Positions 42,427-51,408 of a stretch of 64,000 nucleotides of DNA are shown here, one piece after another. This DNA comes from an uncultured Opitutaceae bacterium (lineage in GTDB: Bacteria; Verrucomicrobiota; Verrucomicrobiia; Opitutales; Opitutaceae). A program made the translations under genes and the position numbers. How positions within the stretch are numbered: the stretch's first letter is position 1; every line of letters starts with the position of its first letter. The stretch covers positions 1,516 through 65,515 of the forward strand of contig CAJBES010000242.1 of the NCBI GenBank assembly GCA_903952145.1, in the 5' to 3' direction. Under the pieces are notes generated by a model. It was not told the DNA's origin and did no database searches. It saw nothing but the letters and a program-made list of their open reading frames with translations.

Positions 42427-43556
42427 GCGACGACCTCCCCGCCGTTCGCACCGAAGCCGTCCTCTCACCCTGGGAGCTGACCCGGCGGCGCTTTGCCCGG
42501 CACAAGCTCGGGATGGCGGCGTTTTTCCTCCTGATCATCCTCTACGTGCTGGCCACCGGCTGCGAGTTTTTCGCCCCCACCACCCGGGACTGGCGCAACC
42601 TGGACTACTCCTACTGCCCGCCCCAACCGATCCGCTTCAGTTTCAAGGAAGGTTTGCACGTAAGCGCCATGCGCCGCCTCGACAATCCCGTGACCTTTGC
42701 CCGGAGCTACCTCGAGGACCGCACCGTGACGATCCCGCTCGGCTTCTTCGTGCGCGGCGAACCGCACCGGCTGTGGGGCGTCATTCCGATGGAGCGGCAC
42801 TTCTTCGGACTCAACCGCGTTGCGCTTGCCAACGCGGGACGCGCGGGTGAAACCGGTGCGGTCTTCTACCTGCTGGGTGCTGACAAATACGGCCACGACG
42901 TCCTGAGCCGGCTCTTCTACGGTGCACGCATCAGCCTCTCCGTCGGCCTTATTTCCATCGTCATCACCTTTGTGCTCGGCGTCACCCTCGGCGGCATTTC
43001 CGGCTACGTCGGCGGTGGCTGGGACAATGTCATCCAGCGCCTTATCGAGGTCATCAACGCCCTGCCCCAGCTCCCGCTCTGGCTCGCCTTCGGTGCGGTC
43101 TTTCCCGCCGAGTGGTCGCCGCTGAGCGTGTATTTTTGCGTGACGGTCGCCCTGAGCCTCATCGGCTGGACCGGCCTGGCCCGCGTCGTGCGCGGCAAGA
43201 TCCTCTCCCTGCGCGAGGAAGACTACGCCGTCGCCGCCCGGCTGCTCGGCGCCAGTCACGCGCGAGTGCTCTTCCGCCACCTCGTGCCGGGATTCACCAG
43301 CCATATCATCGTGACCCTCACACTCAGTGTGCCGGGCATGATCCTTGGCGAGACCGTGCTCAGCTTCCTCGGGCTCGGCCTGCGGCCGCCGATCGTCAGC
43401 TGGGGCGTGATGCTGCAGGATTGCCAGAATCTGCAGACCGTCGCGAACTACCCTTGGCTGTTGGCCCCGGTTTTGTTCATTGTCCTGACCATTCTGTCGT
43501 TCAATTTCGCAGGTGACGCCATGCGCGACGCCGCCGACCCCTACTCTGAACGCTGA
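42423..43556 (+). CDS. ABC transporter permease (DppC/OppC-like)
   Basis: ATGA overlap with the upstream gene. WELTRRRFARHKLGMAAFFLLIILYVL, LGADKYGHDVLSRLFYGARISL and the EAA-like region AARLLGASHARVLFRHLVP. Confidence 0.9.
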   Translation: MSDDLPAVRTEAVLSPWELTRRRFARHKLGMAAFFLLIILYVLATGCEFFAPTTRDWRNLDYSYCPPQPIRFSFKEGLHVSAMRRLDNPVTFARSYLEDRTVTIPLGFFVRGEPHRLWGVIPMERHFFGLNRVALANAGRAGETGAVFYLLGADKYGHDVLSRLFYGARISLSVGLISIVITFVLGVTLGGISGYVGGGWDNVIQRLIEVINALPQLPLWLAFGAVFPAEWSPLSVYFCVTVALSLIGWTGLARVVRGKILSLREEDYAVAARLLGASHARVLFRHLVPGFTSHIIVTLTLSVPGMILGETVLSFLGLGLRPPIVSWGVMLQDCQNLQTVANYPWLLAPVLFIVLTILSFNFAGDAMRDAADPYSER

Positions 43557-43562
43557 TTCCCC

Positions 43563-44423
43563 ATGGTATCGTTTGACACGCCCGTCCTTTCCACCCCCGC
43601 CTCCGATATCGTCTTGGAAGTCGAGAACCTGTACACCCACTTCAAGACCGACGACGGCGAGGTCGCGGCCGTGGACGGAATCAGCTTCAATGTGCGACGG
43701 GGCCGCACGCTCGCCCTCGTGGGCGAAAGCGGCAGCGGCAAGAGCGTCACGAGCCATTCCATCCTGCGGCTGATCCAGCCCCCGGGCCGGATCAGCGGCG
43801 GCCGCATTTTGCTGCGCTCGGCGCGGATGGGCGACATCGACATCGCCGGGCTCAATGAACGCTCCCCCATGCTCTACAAGGTGCGCGGCGGGCTGGTGAG
43901 CATGATTTTCCAGGAGCCGATGACCGCGCTCTCCCCCGTGCACACCGTGGGCGACCAGATCTGCGAGGCGATCTTGCTGCACCAGCCGGTGAAGAAGGCC
44001 GCGGCGCGGGACATCGCCATCGACATGCTGGGCAAGGTCGGCATCCCCGACCCCGCCCACCGTTTCCAGCAATATCCCCACGAACTTTCCGGCGGCATGC
44101 GCCAGCGCGTCGTCATTGCCATGGCCCTGGTCTGCCGACCCGAATTACTGATCGCCGACGAACCGACCACCGCGCTGGACGTGACCGTGCAGGCGCAGGT
44201 GCTCGGCCTGATCCGCAGCCTGCAGCGCGAGATCGGGTGCTCGGTACTCCTGATCACCCACGACTTCGGCGTGGTGGCGCAGATGGCCGATGACGTCGCC
44301 GTCATGCACCGCGGCCGTTTGGTCGAACAGGGCACGGTTCGCGCAGTGCTGAAAAATCCGCAGCACGCCTACACGAAGGCCCTGCTGGATGCGCTGCCCA
44401 GCCGCCACGCCCTCCGCCGATGA
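43563..44423 (+). CDS. ABC transporter ATP-binding protein (DppD/OppD-like)
   Basis: Walker A GESGSGKS, signature LSGGMRQR, Walker B LLIADEPTTALD. Confidence 0.9.
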   Translation: MVSFDTPVLSTPASDIVLEVENLYTHFKTDDGEVAAVDGISFNVRRGRTLALVGESGSGKSVTSHSILRLIQPPGRISGGRILLRSARMGDIDIAGLNERSPMLYKVRGGLVSMIFQEPMTALSPVHTVGDQICEAILLHQPVKKAAARDIAIDMLGKVGIPDPAHRFQQYPHELSGGMRQRVVIAMALVCRPELLIADEPTTALDVTVQAQVLGLIRSLQREIGCSVLLITHDFGVVAQMADDVAVMHRGRLVEQGTVRAVLKNPQHAYTKALLDALPSRHALRR

Positions 44424-45307
44424 ACACCCCCGCTCCGGCCCCCCTCCTGTCCGTCCGCGGATTGACCAAGCATTTTCCGGTCATTAGCCGGGGCTTTCGG
44501 CCGCGCGTCACCAAGCTCATCAAGGCCGTGGACAACGTGAGCTTTGACCTTGCCCCTGGTGAGACGCTCGGGCTGGTGGGCGAAAGCGGCTCGGGCAAGA
44601 CTACCACCGCCCGTTGCATCTTGCGCGCGGTGCAGCCCACCAGCGGCGAGGTCATTTTCCGGCCGCCGGGACTCGACACGGTTGACCTGGTGAAATTGTC
44701 CGACGGCCAGCTCAAGCCGCTGCGCCAGCACTTCCAAATGATTTTTCAGGACCCGTTCTCCTCGCTCAACCCGCGGATGACGGTAGGCGACATCGTGGGC
44801 GAACCGCTGCTATTGCACGGCCTGGCCCGCCGGATGGAACGTGAGGAACGCGTCGCCGACATGCTGCAGCGGGTCGGCCTCAAGCCCGAGCACCGCGTGC
44901 GCTACCCTCACGCCTTCAGCGGCGGCCAGCGCCAGCGCATCGGCATCGCCCGCGCCCTGATCATGCGGCCGGCGCTGGTGGTGTGCGACGAGGCCACCTC
45001 GGCTCTCGATGTCTCGGTGCAGGCGCAGGTGCTGGACCTGTTGAAGGAACTCCAACGCGAACTGCAGCTCACCTACCTGTTTGTTGCGCACAACCTCGAT
45101 GTGGTCCGCAACTTCTGCGACCGCGTGGCCGTCATGCGCCACGGGCGACTGGTGGAACTGGCCGGGACGTCGCAGATATTCGCTGTGCCGACCCATCCCT
45201 ACACACGCCTGCTGCTGTCCGCCATGCCCTCACCCGACCCCGATTTCCCGATGAACTTCAACGTCGGTGAGGAACTGGCCCGGCTCGATGCCACCGCCGT
45301 GTCCTGA
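44420..45307 (+). CDS. ABC transporter ATP-binding protein (DppF/OppF-like)
   Basis: ATGA overlap. Walker A GESGSGKT, signature FSGGQRQR, Walker B LVVCDEATSALD. Confidence 0.9.
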   Translation: MNTPAPAPLLSVRGLTKHFPVISRGFRPRVTKLIKAVDNVSFDLAPGETLGLVGESGSGKTTTARCILRAVQPTSGEVIFRPPGLDTVDLVKLSDGQLKPLRQHFQMIFQDPFSSLNPRMTVGDIVGEPLLLHGLARRMEREERVADMLQRVGLKPEHRVRYPHAFSGGQRQRIGIARALIMRPALVVCDEATSALDVSVQAQVLDLLKELQRELQLTYLFVAHNLDVVRNFCDRVAVMRHGRLVELAGTSQIFAVPTHPYTRLLLSAMPSPDPDFPMNFNVGEELARLDATAVS

Positions 45308-45320
45308 TCTTCCCACGGCC

Positions 45321-46139
45321 ATGAATTCGATTCGACTCCCGGCCAGTTATTACCGGCAATTCGACGCCGACTACACCCGCGATGTCCCCGGTGAAGGTTA
45401 CGGCGGCTGGGAGATCGCCGACGTCGAACTCGCGCCGGCCCACACCGCCCTAGTCGTCATGCATGCGTGGGACGGCGGCACCGCGGAGCGCTGGCCGGGA
45501 TTATGGCGCTCCACCGAGTCCATGCCCCGCATCCAGCGGATTCTTCAGGAGGTGTTTCCTCCCCTGCTGTCCGCCGTGCGCGCCTCGTCGCTGCCGTTAT
45601 TTCATGTGGTGGGCGGCCGCGACTATTATTCGCACCTGCCCGGTTATCAGCAAACCGTGCAGCTCGCCGGCCCGCCCCCGCCCAATGTCCGCGTTGCCAA
45701 GGATCCCGTGTGGGAACGGATGCAGCAATTCCGCCGCGACCAGGCGATCGGCGGCACCAGCAACTGGGCAGACATCAGCGCCCGCTACCACGAACTTGAT
45801 TTTGCCCCCGAAGCACAACCGGTGGGCGACGAGCCCATCGCGGAAAACGGACACCAGCTCACCGCGCTCTGTCTGGATCGCGGCATCAACCACCTCGTCT
45901 ATATTGGCTTCGCCATTAACTGGTGCCTGGTCATGTCACCCGGCGGCATGGTCGACATGGGGCAGCACGGGGTGATGTGTTCAGCCATTCGCGAGGCCGT
46001 CACCGCCATCGAGAACCGCGAGACCGCCCGCGGCGAACGCGAGAAGGGGCAGGCTCTGTGGCGCATCGCCCTGCAATGGGGCTTCGTCTTCGGCCTCGAT
46101 GATTTCACCCGCATGGTGCGCGCGCTGCCGGCGCGGTGA
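45321..46139 (+). CDS. isochorismatase-family (cysteine hydrolase)-like protein
   Basis: HTALVVMHAWDGG and LVYIGFAINWCLVMSPGGMVDMGQHG resemble the Asp and nucleophilic Cys blocks of the family. The assignment is tentative. Confidence 0.6.
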   Translation: MNSIRLPASYYRQFDADYTRDVPGEGYGGWEIADVELAPAHTALVVMHAWDGGTAERWPGLWRSTESMPRIQRILQEVFPPLLSAVRASSLPLFHVVGGRDYYSHLPGYQQTVQLAGPPPPNVRVAKDPVWERMQQFRRDQAIGGTSNWADISARYHELDFAPEAQPVGDEPIAENGHQLTALCLDRGINHLVYIGFAINWCLVMSPGGMVDMGQHGVMCSAIREAVTAIENRETARGEREKGQALWRIALQWGFVFGLDDFTRMVRALPAR

Positions 46140-46171
46140 GTGGACGGGGCAGCCCATTCTGCAATTGTGGC

Positions 46172-46217
46172 ACAAGCGTGAGCGAGTGGTCGAACCTCCA
46201 CTCGCTCACGCTTGTAG
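46172..46217. repeat. REP-like perfect 18-bp-stem hairpin followed by a GTAG head
   Basis: ACAAGCGTGAGCGAGTGG (46172-89), loop tcgaacct, CCACTCGCTCACGCTTGT (46198-215), then AG. The 15-mer CCACTCGCTCACGCT recurs exactly at 20666-20680. Confidence 0.6.
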
Positions 46218-46237
46218 CTACGGCCTTCCAAGCCATC

Positions 46238-46265
46238 TGTAGCCGGGCTCGCTGAGCCCGGTTTT
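46238..46265 (+). terminator. GTAG-headed hairpin plus T-run (REP-like element that could act as a terminator)
   Basis: TGTAG CCGGGCTC gct GAGCCCGG TTTT. Confidence 0.5.
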
Positions 46266-46300
46266 GATCCCGAGGTCAACGGCCCCGGCTTCAATATCCC

Positions 46301-47629
46301 CTACTGCATCGCCCCGGATTGCCGGGGCGGCGCATTGTGACCGGTCTGGCTTCGCACCAACTCCCGCCGCAGCCAGTCGAGCGCGGCGTTTACCGCGCGC
46401 TCCTTCACGGTTGCCCGCGGGCCCGGGTAACTCAGCTCCTTCGACCACACGCCGTGCGGCGCATGCAGCGCCAGAAAGATCGTGCCCACGGGATTCACCT
46501 GGGTGCCGCGACAGGACCCGGTGAACCCGGTCACCGCCACGGCATAATCCGCCCCCAGGCTCTCGGCCACTCCGGTGGCCATCGCCACGGCGCACTCCGC
46601 ACTGATCGCCCCGTGCTGCTCCAGCAGGCACTCGGGGCAGTCGAGCAGGCTCATCCTCGCCTCGTTCGAATAGCAGACCACCCCGCCGGCGAAAAATTTC
46701 GAGGCGCCGCAGAGGTCGGTGAAGGCGCTCGCCAGCAGGCCGCCGGTCGCCGTCTCCGCGACGGCGAGGGTTTTCTCCTGGGCCCGCAACAGGTCGCCGC
46801 AGACCTTGGCGAGCGAGGCATAGCCGTAGCACATGAAGTCCTCGCCCAGCAGCTGTTCACACTCGGCGGCGGCCGCATCGAGTTCCGTCAGCGTAAGTTT
46901 GCCGCCGGGCGAACTGAGCCGGCAGTCGACCTGGCCTTGATGGGCGCAGAAAGCGACGCCGAGGGCCGCGCCATACCGGTCGAAAACCGGTTGCAGCTTG
47001 GCCTCCAGCGCCGACTCGCCGATGCCGGCCGTGCGCAGCTGCATGTAGGCCTCGTGCGCCAGCAGCAGGCCGCGTTCGGCCAGACGCGGGATCACCTGCT
47101 CGGTGAACATCGGCTGCAGTTCGTTCGGCGGGCCGGGCAGCATGCAGAGCACCTTGCCGTCCTGCTCCACCCAGAGTCCGGGCGCGGTGCCGTTGGCGTT
47201 GGGCAACACCTCGCCGCGTGCGAACTTGTAGGCCTGCTTGAGGTTGTTCGGCGTCATCTTGCGCCCGAACTTGCTGAAACGGTCGACGATGGCTGCCTCG
47301 ATCGCCGGATCAAACACGAGCGGCTGGCCGAGCACCTCGGCGATGACCTCGCGGGTGCGGTCGTCGCAGGTCGGGCCAAGCCCCCCGGTGGTGATGATGA
47401 TGTCGGCCTGCGCCCAGCTCTCGCGGAACTGGCGCGCGATGTCGTCGGCCTCGTCGGTGATAGTCACGTTGCGCGCCAGCATCACGCCGCGGCGGCCGAG
47501 TTCCGCCCCGATGAAAGTGAGGTGGCCGTTGGCCGTTAGCCCGAGCAGCAACTCGTCGCCGAGCGTGAGCAATTCGAAGCGTTTGGCCGGACGAGGTCCG
47601 GCGGGAGTGGGGGAGCTGGGAGAAACCAT
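46301..47629 (-). CDS. cinA: CinA-family protein (MoCF-biosynthesis-like domain plus nicotinamide-nucleotide amidase PncC domain)
   Basis: Start chosen at MVSPSS (cat 47627-29). FELLTLGDELLLGLTANGHLTFIGAEL..., IIITTGGLGPTCDDRTRE, LAVAETATGGLLASAFTDLCGASKFFAGGVVCYSNEAR. Confidence 0.9.
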   Translation of the reverse strand: MVSPSSPTPAGPRPAKRFELLTLGDELLLGLTANGHLTFIGAELGRRGVMLARNVTITDEADDIARQFRESWAQADIIITTGGLGPTCDDRTREVIAEVLGQPLVFDPAIEAAIVDRFSKFGRKMTPNNLKQAYKFARGEVLPNANGTAPGLWVEQDGKVLCMLPGPPNELQPMFTEQVIPRLAERGLLLAHEAYMQLRTAGIGESALEAKLQPVFDRYGAALGVAFCAHQGQVDCRLSSPGGKLTLTELDAAAAECEQLLGEDFMCYGYASLAKVCGDLLRAQEKTLAVAETATGGLLASAFTDLCGASKFFAGGVVCYSNEARMSLLDCPECLLEQHGAISAECAVAMATGVAESLGADYAVAVTGFTGSCRGTQVNPVGTIFLALHAPHGVWSKELSYPGPRATVKERAVNAALDWLRRELVRSQTGHNAPPRQSGAMQ

Positions 47630-47714
47630 ACTTGCGGGAAACAGGAATAGGCCGATTCTGCAAAATTGCCAGTGGTAGTTCCAAATGTGCCCGCCTCCCG
47701 CGGGACCGACTCCC

Positions 47715-48233
47715 ATGCTTCCCGACGTCATTCTCCTCAACGGCACTTCCAGCTCAGGAAAGAGCAGCCTCGCCCGCGCCCTGCAGCGGCGGGCCGGCAC
47801 GCCGCTGCTGCATGCGTCGCTCGACCAGTTCACGGACATGTTTTTGTGGGAGGCGATCACCGATCCCGATACACGCCGGGCCTGTCACACCGCGGGCGTG
47901 GCTCACTTTCACCGGACGCTGGCCATCTTCGCCCAAAGCCCGTTCGGCATCATCGTGGATCATCTGCTGCTCACGCCCGCCTGGCATGAAGCAACCCTCG
48001 CCGCCCTCGCTGGCCGCCGCATTCACTTCATCGGCGTCAAATGCCCGCCCGCAGTGCTGCTCCAGCGCGAGGCCGCGCGGCCCGATCGGCGGCCGGGCCT
48101 GGCTCGGGGCCAGCTTGAAGGCGTCCACTCCGGCCGGAGCTACGATCTCGAAATCGACACCTCCTTGGCCCCGCCGGAGGCGTGTGCCGATCGCGTGCTG
48201 GCCTTCATCCGCAGCCGGCCCGTTCCGTCATGA
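47715..48233 (+). CDS. chloramphenicol-phosphotransferase-like (CPT family) P-loop kinase
   Basis: MLPDVILLNGTSSSGKSSLARALQ (P-loop) and the approximately 170-aa size fit the CPT family. The stop overlaps the uvrC start (ATGA). Confidence 0.7.
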   Translation: MLPDVILLNGTSSSGKSSLARALQRRAGTPLLHASLDQFTDMFLWEAITDPDTRRACHTAGVAHFHRTLAIFAQSPFGIIVDHLLLTPAWHEATLAALAGRRIHFIGVKCPPAVLLQREAARPDRRPGLARGQLEGVHSGRSYDLEIDTSLAPPEACADRVLAFIRSRPVPS

Positions 48234-49717
48234 GCAATCCGGTCGATCTCAAGGCCAAGGTGCGCGCCCTGCCGGCGAAGCCCGGCGTCTACCTGATGAA
48301 GGACCGGCTGGGCCGCATCATCTACGTCGGCAAGGCCAACAGTCTGCGCAAGCGCGTCTCGTCCTACTTCCAGCCGGGGCGCGACCGGCGCGTGCACCCG
48401 AAGATCAAGGCCCTCATCGAGACCATCGCCGACCTCGACACCATCGAGGTGAAGTCCGAGCCCGAGGCCCTGCTGCTCGAGGGCAAGCTCATCAAGCAGT
48501 GGCGGCCCCGCTACAACACCGACTTCACGGACGACAAGCGCTTCCTGCTCGTGCGGGTGGATTTCGCGCCGGAGCTGCCGCGCTTCGCCCTCACCCGCAT
48601 CCGCAAGGACACCCGCTCCCGCTACTTCGGGCCCTTCGCCCACTCCGGCCTCCTCCGCAAAACGCTGGCGCAGATGCGCCGGCAGTTCGGCGTCCTGCTC
48701 GGTGACGCCAGCCCGCGGAAACTCCCCGACGGCACCTGGCAGCTTTACGACGACGTCCGGCAGGAGCTTTACGCCCAGACCAACGTCGTCACCACCGCCG
48801 ACTACCGCGCGCGGGTCGAGGCGGCCTGCGCCTTCCTCGACGGCAAGTCCCGCGAGTGGCTCGGGAGGTTGCGCACTGAGATGACCTCGGCGGCGGCGAA
48901 ACAGGCCTTCGAGAAAGCCGCCGAACTGCGCGACCTCATCCTCGCGCTTGAGGGCACACTGGCCCGCACCCGCCGGTTTGAGCGCGACCGCACCCTGCTC
49001 CGCCCTGACCAGGAAGCGCTTGATGCCCTGCAGCTCGCGCTCCGCCTGCCCGCCCCGCCCCGCCACATGGAGTGCTTCGACATCTCGCACATCTCGGGCA
49101 CCTACGTGGTCGCCTCGATGGTGCACTTCACCGACGGCCGGCCGGACAAGGACCACTACCGCCGCTTCCAGATCAGGAGCTTCATCGGCAACGACGATTT
49201 CAAGGCCATGGAGGAGGTCGTCGGCCGCCGTTACCGCCGGCTTGCCGAGGAAGGCAAACTCCTGCCCGACCTCGTCGTCATTGACGGCGGTCGCGGCCAG
49301 ATCGCCGCCGCGCTGAAGGCCTTCATCGCCATCGGGGTCGAGCCGCCCGCACTCATCGGCCTCGCGAAAAAACAGGAGACGATCATCTTCCCTGACCAGC
49401 GCGCGCCGCTCAACCTGCCCCTCCGCCACCCCGGGCTCAACCTGCTCCAGCGCCTGCGCGACGAGGCCCACCGCTTTGCCAACACCTACAACGCCGACCT
49501 GCGTTCGCGGAAGCTGCGCGAGTCCATCCTCGACGATTTCGCGGGCCTCGGCCCCGTGCGCCGCGCCGCGCTGCTGGAGCACTTCAGCGGCCTCGACCGC
49601 CTGCGCGCCGCCACGGAGGCGCAACTGCAGGAAGTCGAGGGCATCGGCCCGAAGCTCGCCGCCGCGTTGCACGCCTTCCTGCATCAGGCTCCGCCCGCCG
49701 GCGCATTGCCGGCCTGA
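48230..49717 (+). CDS. uvrC: excinuclease ABC subunit C (compact form)
   Basis: GIY-YIG: PGVYLMKDRLGRIIYVGKANSLRKRVSSYF. UVR motif: FEKAAELRDLILALE. Endonuclease domain: IECFDISHISG. C-terminal HhH pair: LGPVRRAALLEHF...VEGIGPKLAAAL. Confidence 0.9.
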   Translation: MSNPVDLKAKVRALPAKPGVYLMKDRLGRIIYVGKANSLRKRVSSYFQPGRDRRVHPKIKALIETIADLDTIEVKSEPEALLLEGKLIKQWRPRYNTDFTDDKRFLLVRVDFAPELPRFALTRIRKDTRSRYFGPFAHSGLLRKTLAQMRRQFGVLLGDASPRKLPDGTWQLYDDVRQELYAQTNVVTTADYRARVEAACAFLDGKSREWLGRLRTEMTSAAAKQAFEKAAELRDLILALEGTLARTRRFERDRTLLRPDQEALDALQLALRLPAPPRHMECFDISHISGTYVVASMVHFTDGRPDKDHYRRFQIRSFIGNDDFKAMEEVVGRRYRRLAEEGKLLPDLVVIDGGRGQIAAALKAFIAIGVEPPALIGLAKKQETIIFPDQRAPLNLPLRHPGLNLLQRLRDEAHRFANTYNADLRSRKLRESILDDFAGLGPVRRAALLEHFSGLDRLRAATEAQLQEVEGIGPKLAAALHAFLHQAPPAGALPA

Positions 49718-49804
49718 CCGGCGGTTTTGCACTTCAACCGGCGCCGCTGGTCCAACGATACGCTCGCCTGCACCGGGTTTTCAGCCTCACCTGCTGCCAT
49801 TGCC

Positions 49805-51313
49805 ATGCGTTCTCTCCTCTCCCTCGCCCTCCTGCTCTGCATCGCCGCCCACGTCCGCGCCGACGTCACTCTCGCCCCACCCTTTCAGGACCACGCCATC
49901 GTGCAGCGCGACAAGCCCCTGCCCGTCTGGGGCCGCGCGGCGCCCGGCGAGCATGTGACCGTCGAGTTCAAGGGCCAGCGTATCGGCACCACCGTCGGCG
50001 ACGATGGCTGCTGGCTTGTCTACCTCGAGCCCGTGCCCGCCTCCGCCGAACCGGCCGTGCTCACGGTCACCGGCAAAAATACCCTCACGGTGCAGGATGT
50101 GCTCGTCGGCGAGGTCTGGCTCGCCTCCGGCCAGTCCAACATGGAGTGGCCCGTGGCGAAATCCGCCGATGCCGAGCAGGAGATGGCCACCGCCCGGTTC
50201 CCCCTCATCCGTGAGTTCGACGCCGCCAACACCGTGACGGACCAGCCCGCCGACACTGTCGCTGGCATGTGGCAACCCTGTGCGCCTGACACCGCGGGCC
50301 GTTTCAGCGCCATCGCCTACTTCTTTGCCCGCGAGCTGCACCGCAAGCTCGGCGTGCCCGTCGGCATCCTCAACAGCACCTGGGGCGGCACTGCCATCGA
50401 GGCTTGGACGGACGCCTTCACGCTCAAATCCACCGTCACTTGGCCCGCGATCGACGCCCGCTGGCAACAGTCCCTCGCCGAGTTCCCGGAACGTCTGGCC
50501 AACCATCCCGCCGAACTGGCCGCCTGGAAAAAGGCCGACGAGCTGGCCAAGGCCACCAAGACCAAAAATCCCCTGCCCTGGCCGCGCGCCCCCGTCGGCC
50601 CCGGCACACCCTATGCCCTCAGCGGCCTCTTCAACGGCATGATCGCCCCGCTCCAGCCCTACGCGATGCGCGGCGCCATCTGGTATCAGGGCGAGTCCAA
50701 CTGGCCCCGCCCCGCCGAATACGCGGAGGTCTTTCCCGCCATGATCCGCGCCTGGCGCGCCCAGTGGAACCAGGGCGACTTTCCCTTCTACTTTGTGCAG
50801 CTCGCCAACTTTACCGTCACGAACGACCCCGGCGGTCTTGCCTGGGCCTGGCTGCGCGAAGCCCAAATGAAGGCTCTAACCCTGCCCAACACCGGCGTGG
50901 CCGTGACCATCGATATCGGCGATCCCAAGGACATCCATCCGCGCAACAAACAGGAGGTCGGTCGCCGCCTCGCCCTCCTCGCCAAGGCGCAGGTTTACGA
51001 CATCCCGGTGGACTGGAGCGGACCGCTGTTCGCCTCGGCCCGGCGCGAGGGCGCGGCAATGCGCGTAAGCTTCACCCAGGCCGCCGACGGTCTCACGGCC
51101 GGGAACAAGCCGCTGCAGGCCTTCGAACTCGCCGGGGCGGATCGGATGTTTTATCCCGCCGCCGCCCGCATTGACCGCGACACCGTCGTCGTTTCCGCCC
51201 CCGAGGTGCCGGCGCCCGAGGCGGTGCGCTACGCCTGGAGCAACAGTCCCGAAGCCAACCTCTTTGGCGGCACCGGCCTCCCCGCCGCCCCCTTCCGCTC
51301 GGATGCCTGGTGA
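49805..51313 (+). CDS. sialate O-acetylesterase-like (SASA/SGNH) carbohydrate esterase
   Basis: Signal MRSLLSLALLLCIAAHVRA. GEVWLASGQSNMEW (GQSNM block), NSTWGGTAIEAW, GAIWYQGESN. Confidence 0.85.
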   Translation: MRSLLSLALLLCIAAHVRADVTLAPPFQDHAIVQRDKPLPVWGRAAPGEHVTVEFKGQRIGTTVGDDGCWLVYLEPVPASAEPAVLTVTGKNTLTVQDVLVGEVWLASGQSNMEWPVAKSADAEQEMATARFPLIREFDAANTVTDQPADTVAGMWQPCAPDTAGRFSAIAYFFARELHRKLGVPVGILNSTWGGTAIEAWTDAFTLKSTVTWPAIDARWQQSLAEFPERLANHPAELAAWKKADELAKATKTKNPLPWPRAPVGPGTPYALSGLFNGMIAPLQPYAMRGAIWYQGESNWPRPAEYAEVFPAMIRAWRAQWNQGDFPFYFVQLANFTVTNDPGGLAWAWLREAQMKALTLPNTGVAVTIDIGDPKDIHPRNKQEVGRRLALLAKAQVYDIPVDWSGPLFASARREGAAMRVSFTQAADGLTAGNKPLQAFELAGADRMFYPAAARIDRDTVVVSAPEVPAPEAVRYAWSNSPEANLFGGTGLPAAPFRSDAW

Positions 51314-51408
51314 GAAAAATCTCATTCCCCGCTCGCGGCCGGAACTATTTTTCCTAAGATCCGGACGTCCCGCCCGTTGATACCGTTGAACCCTCCCCGT
51401 TTGCTCCC

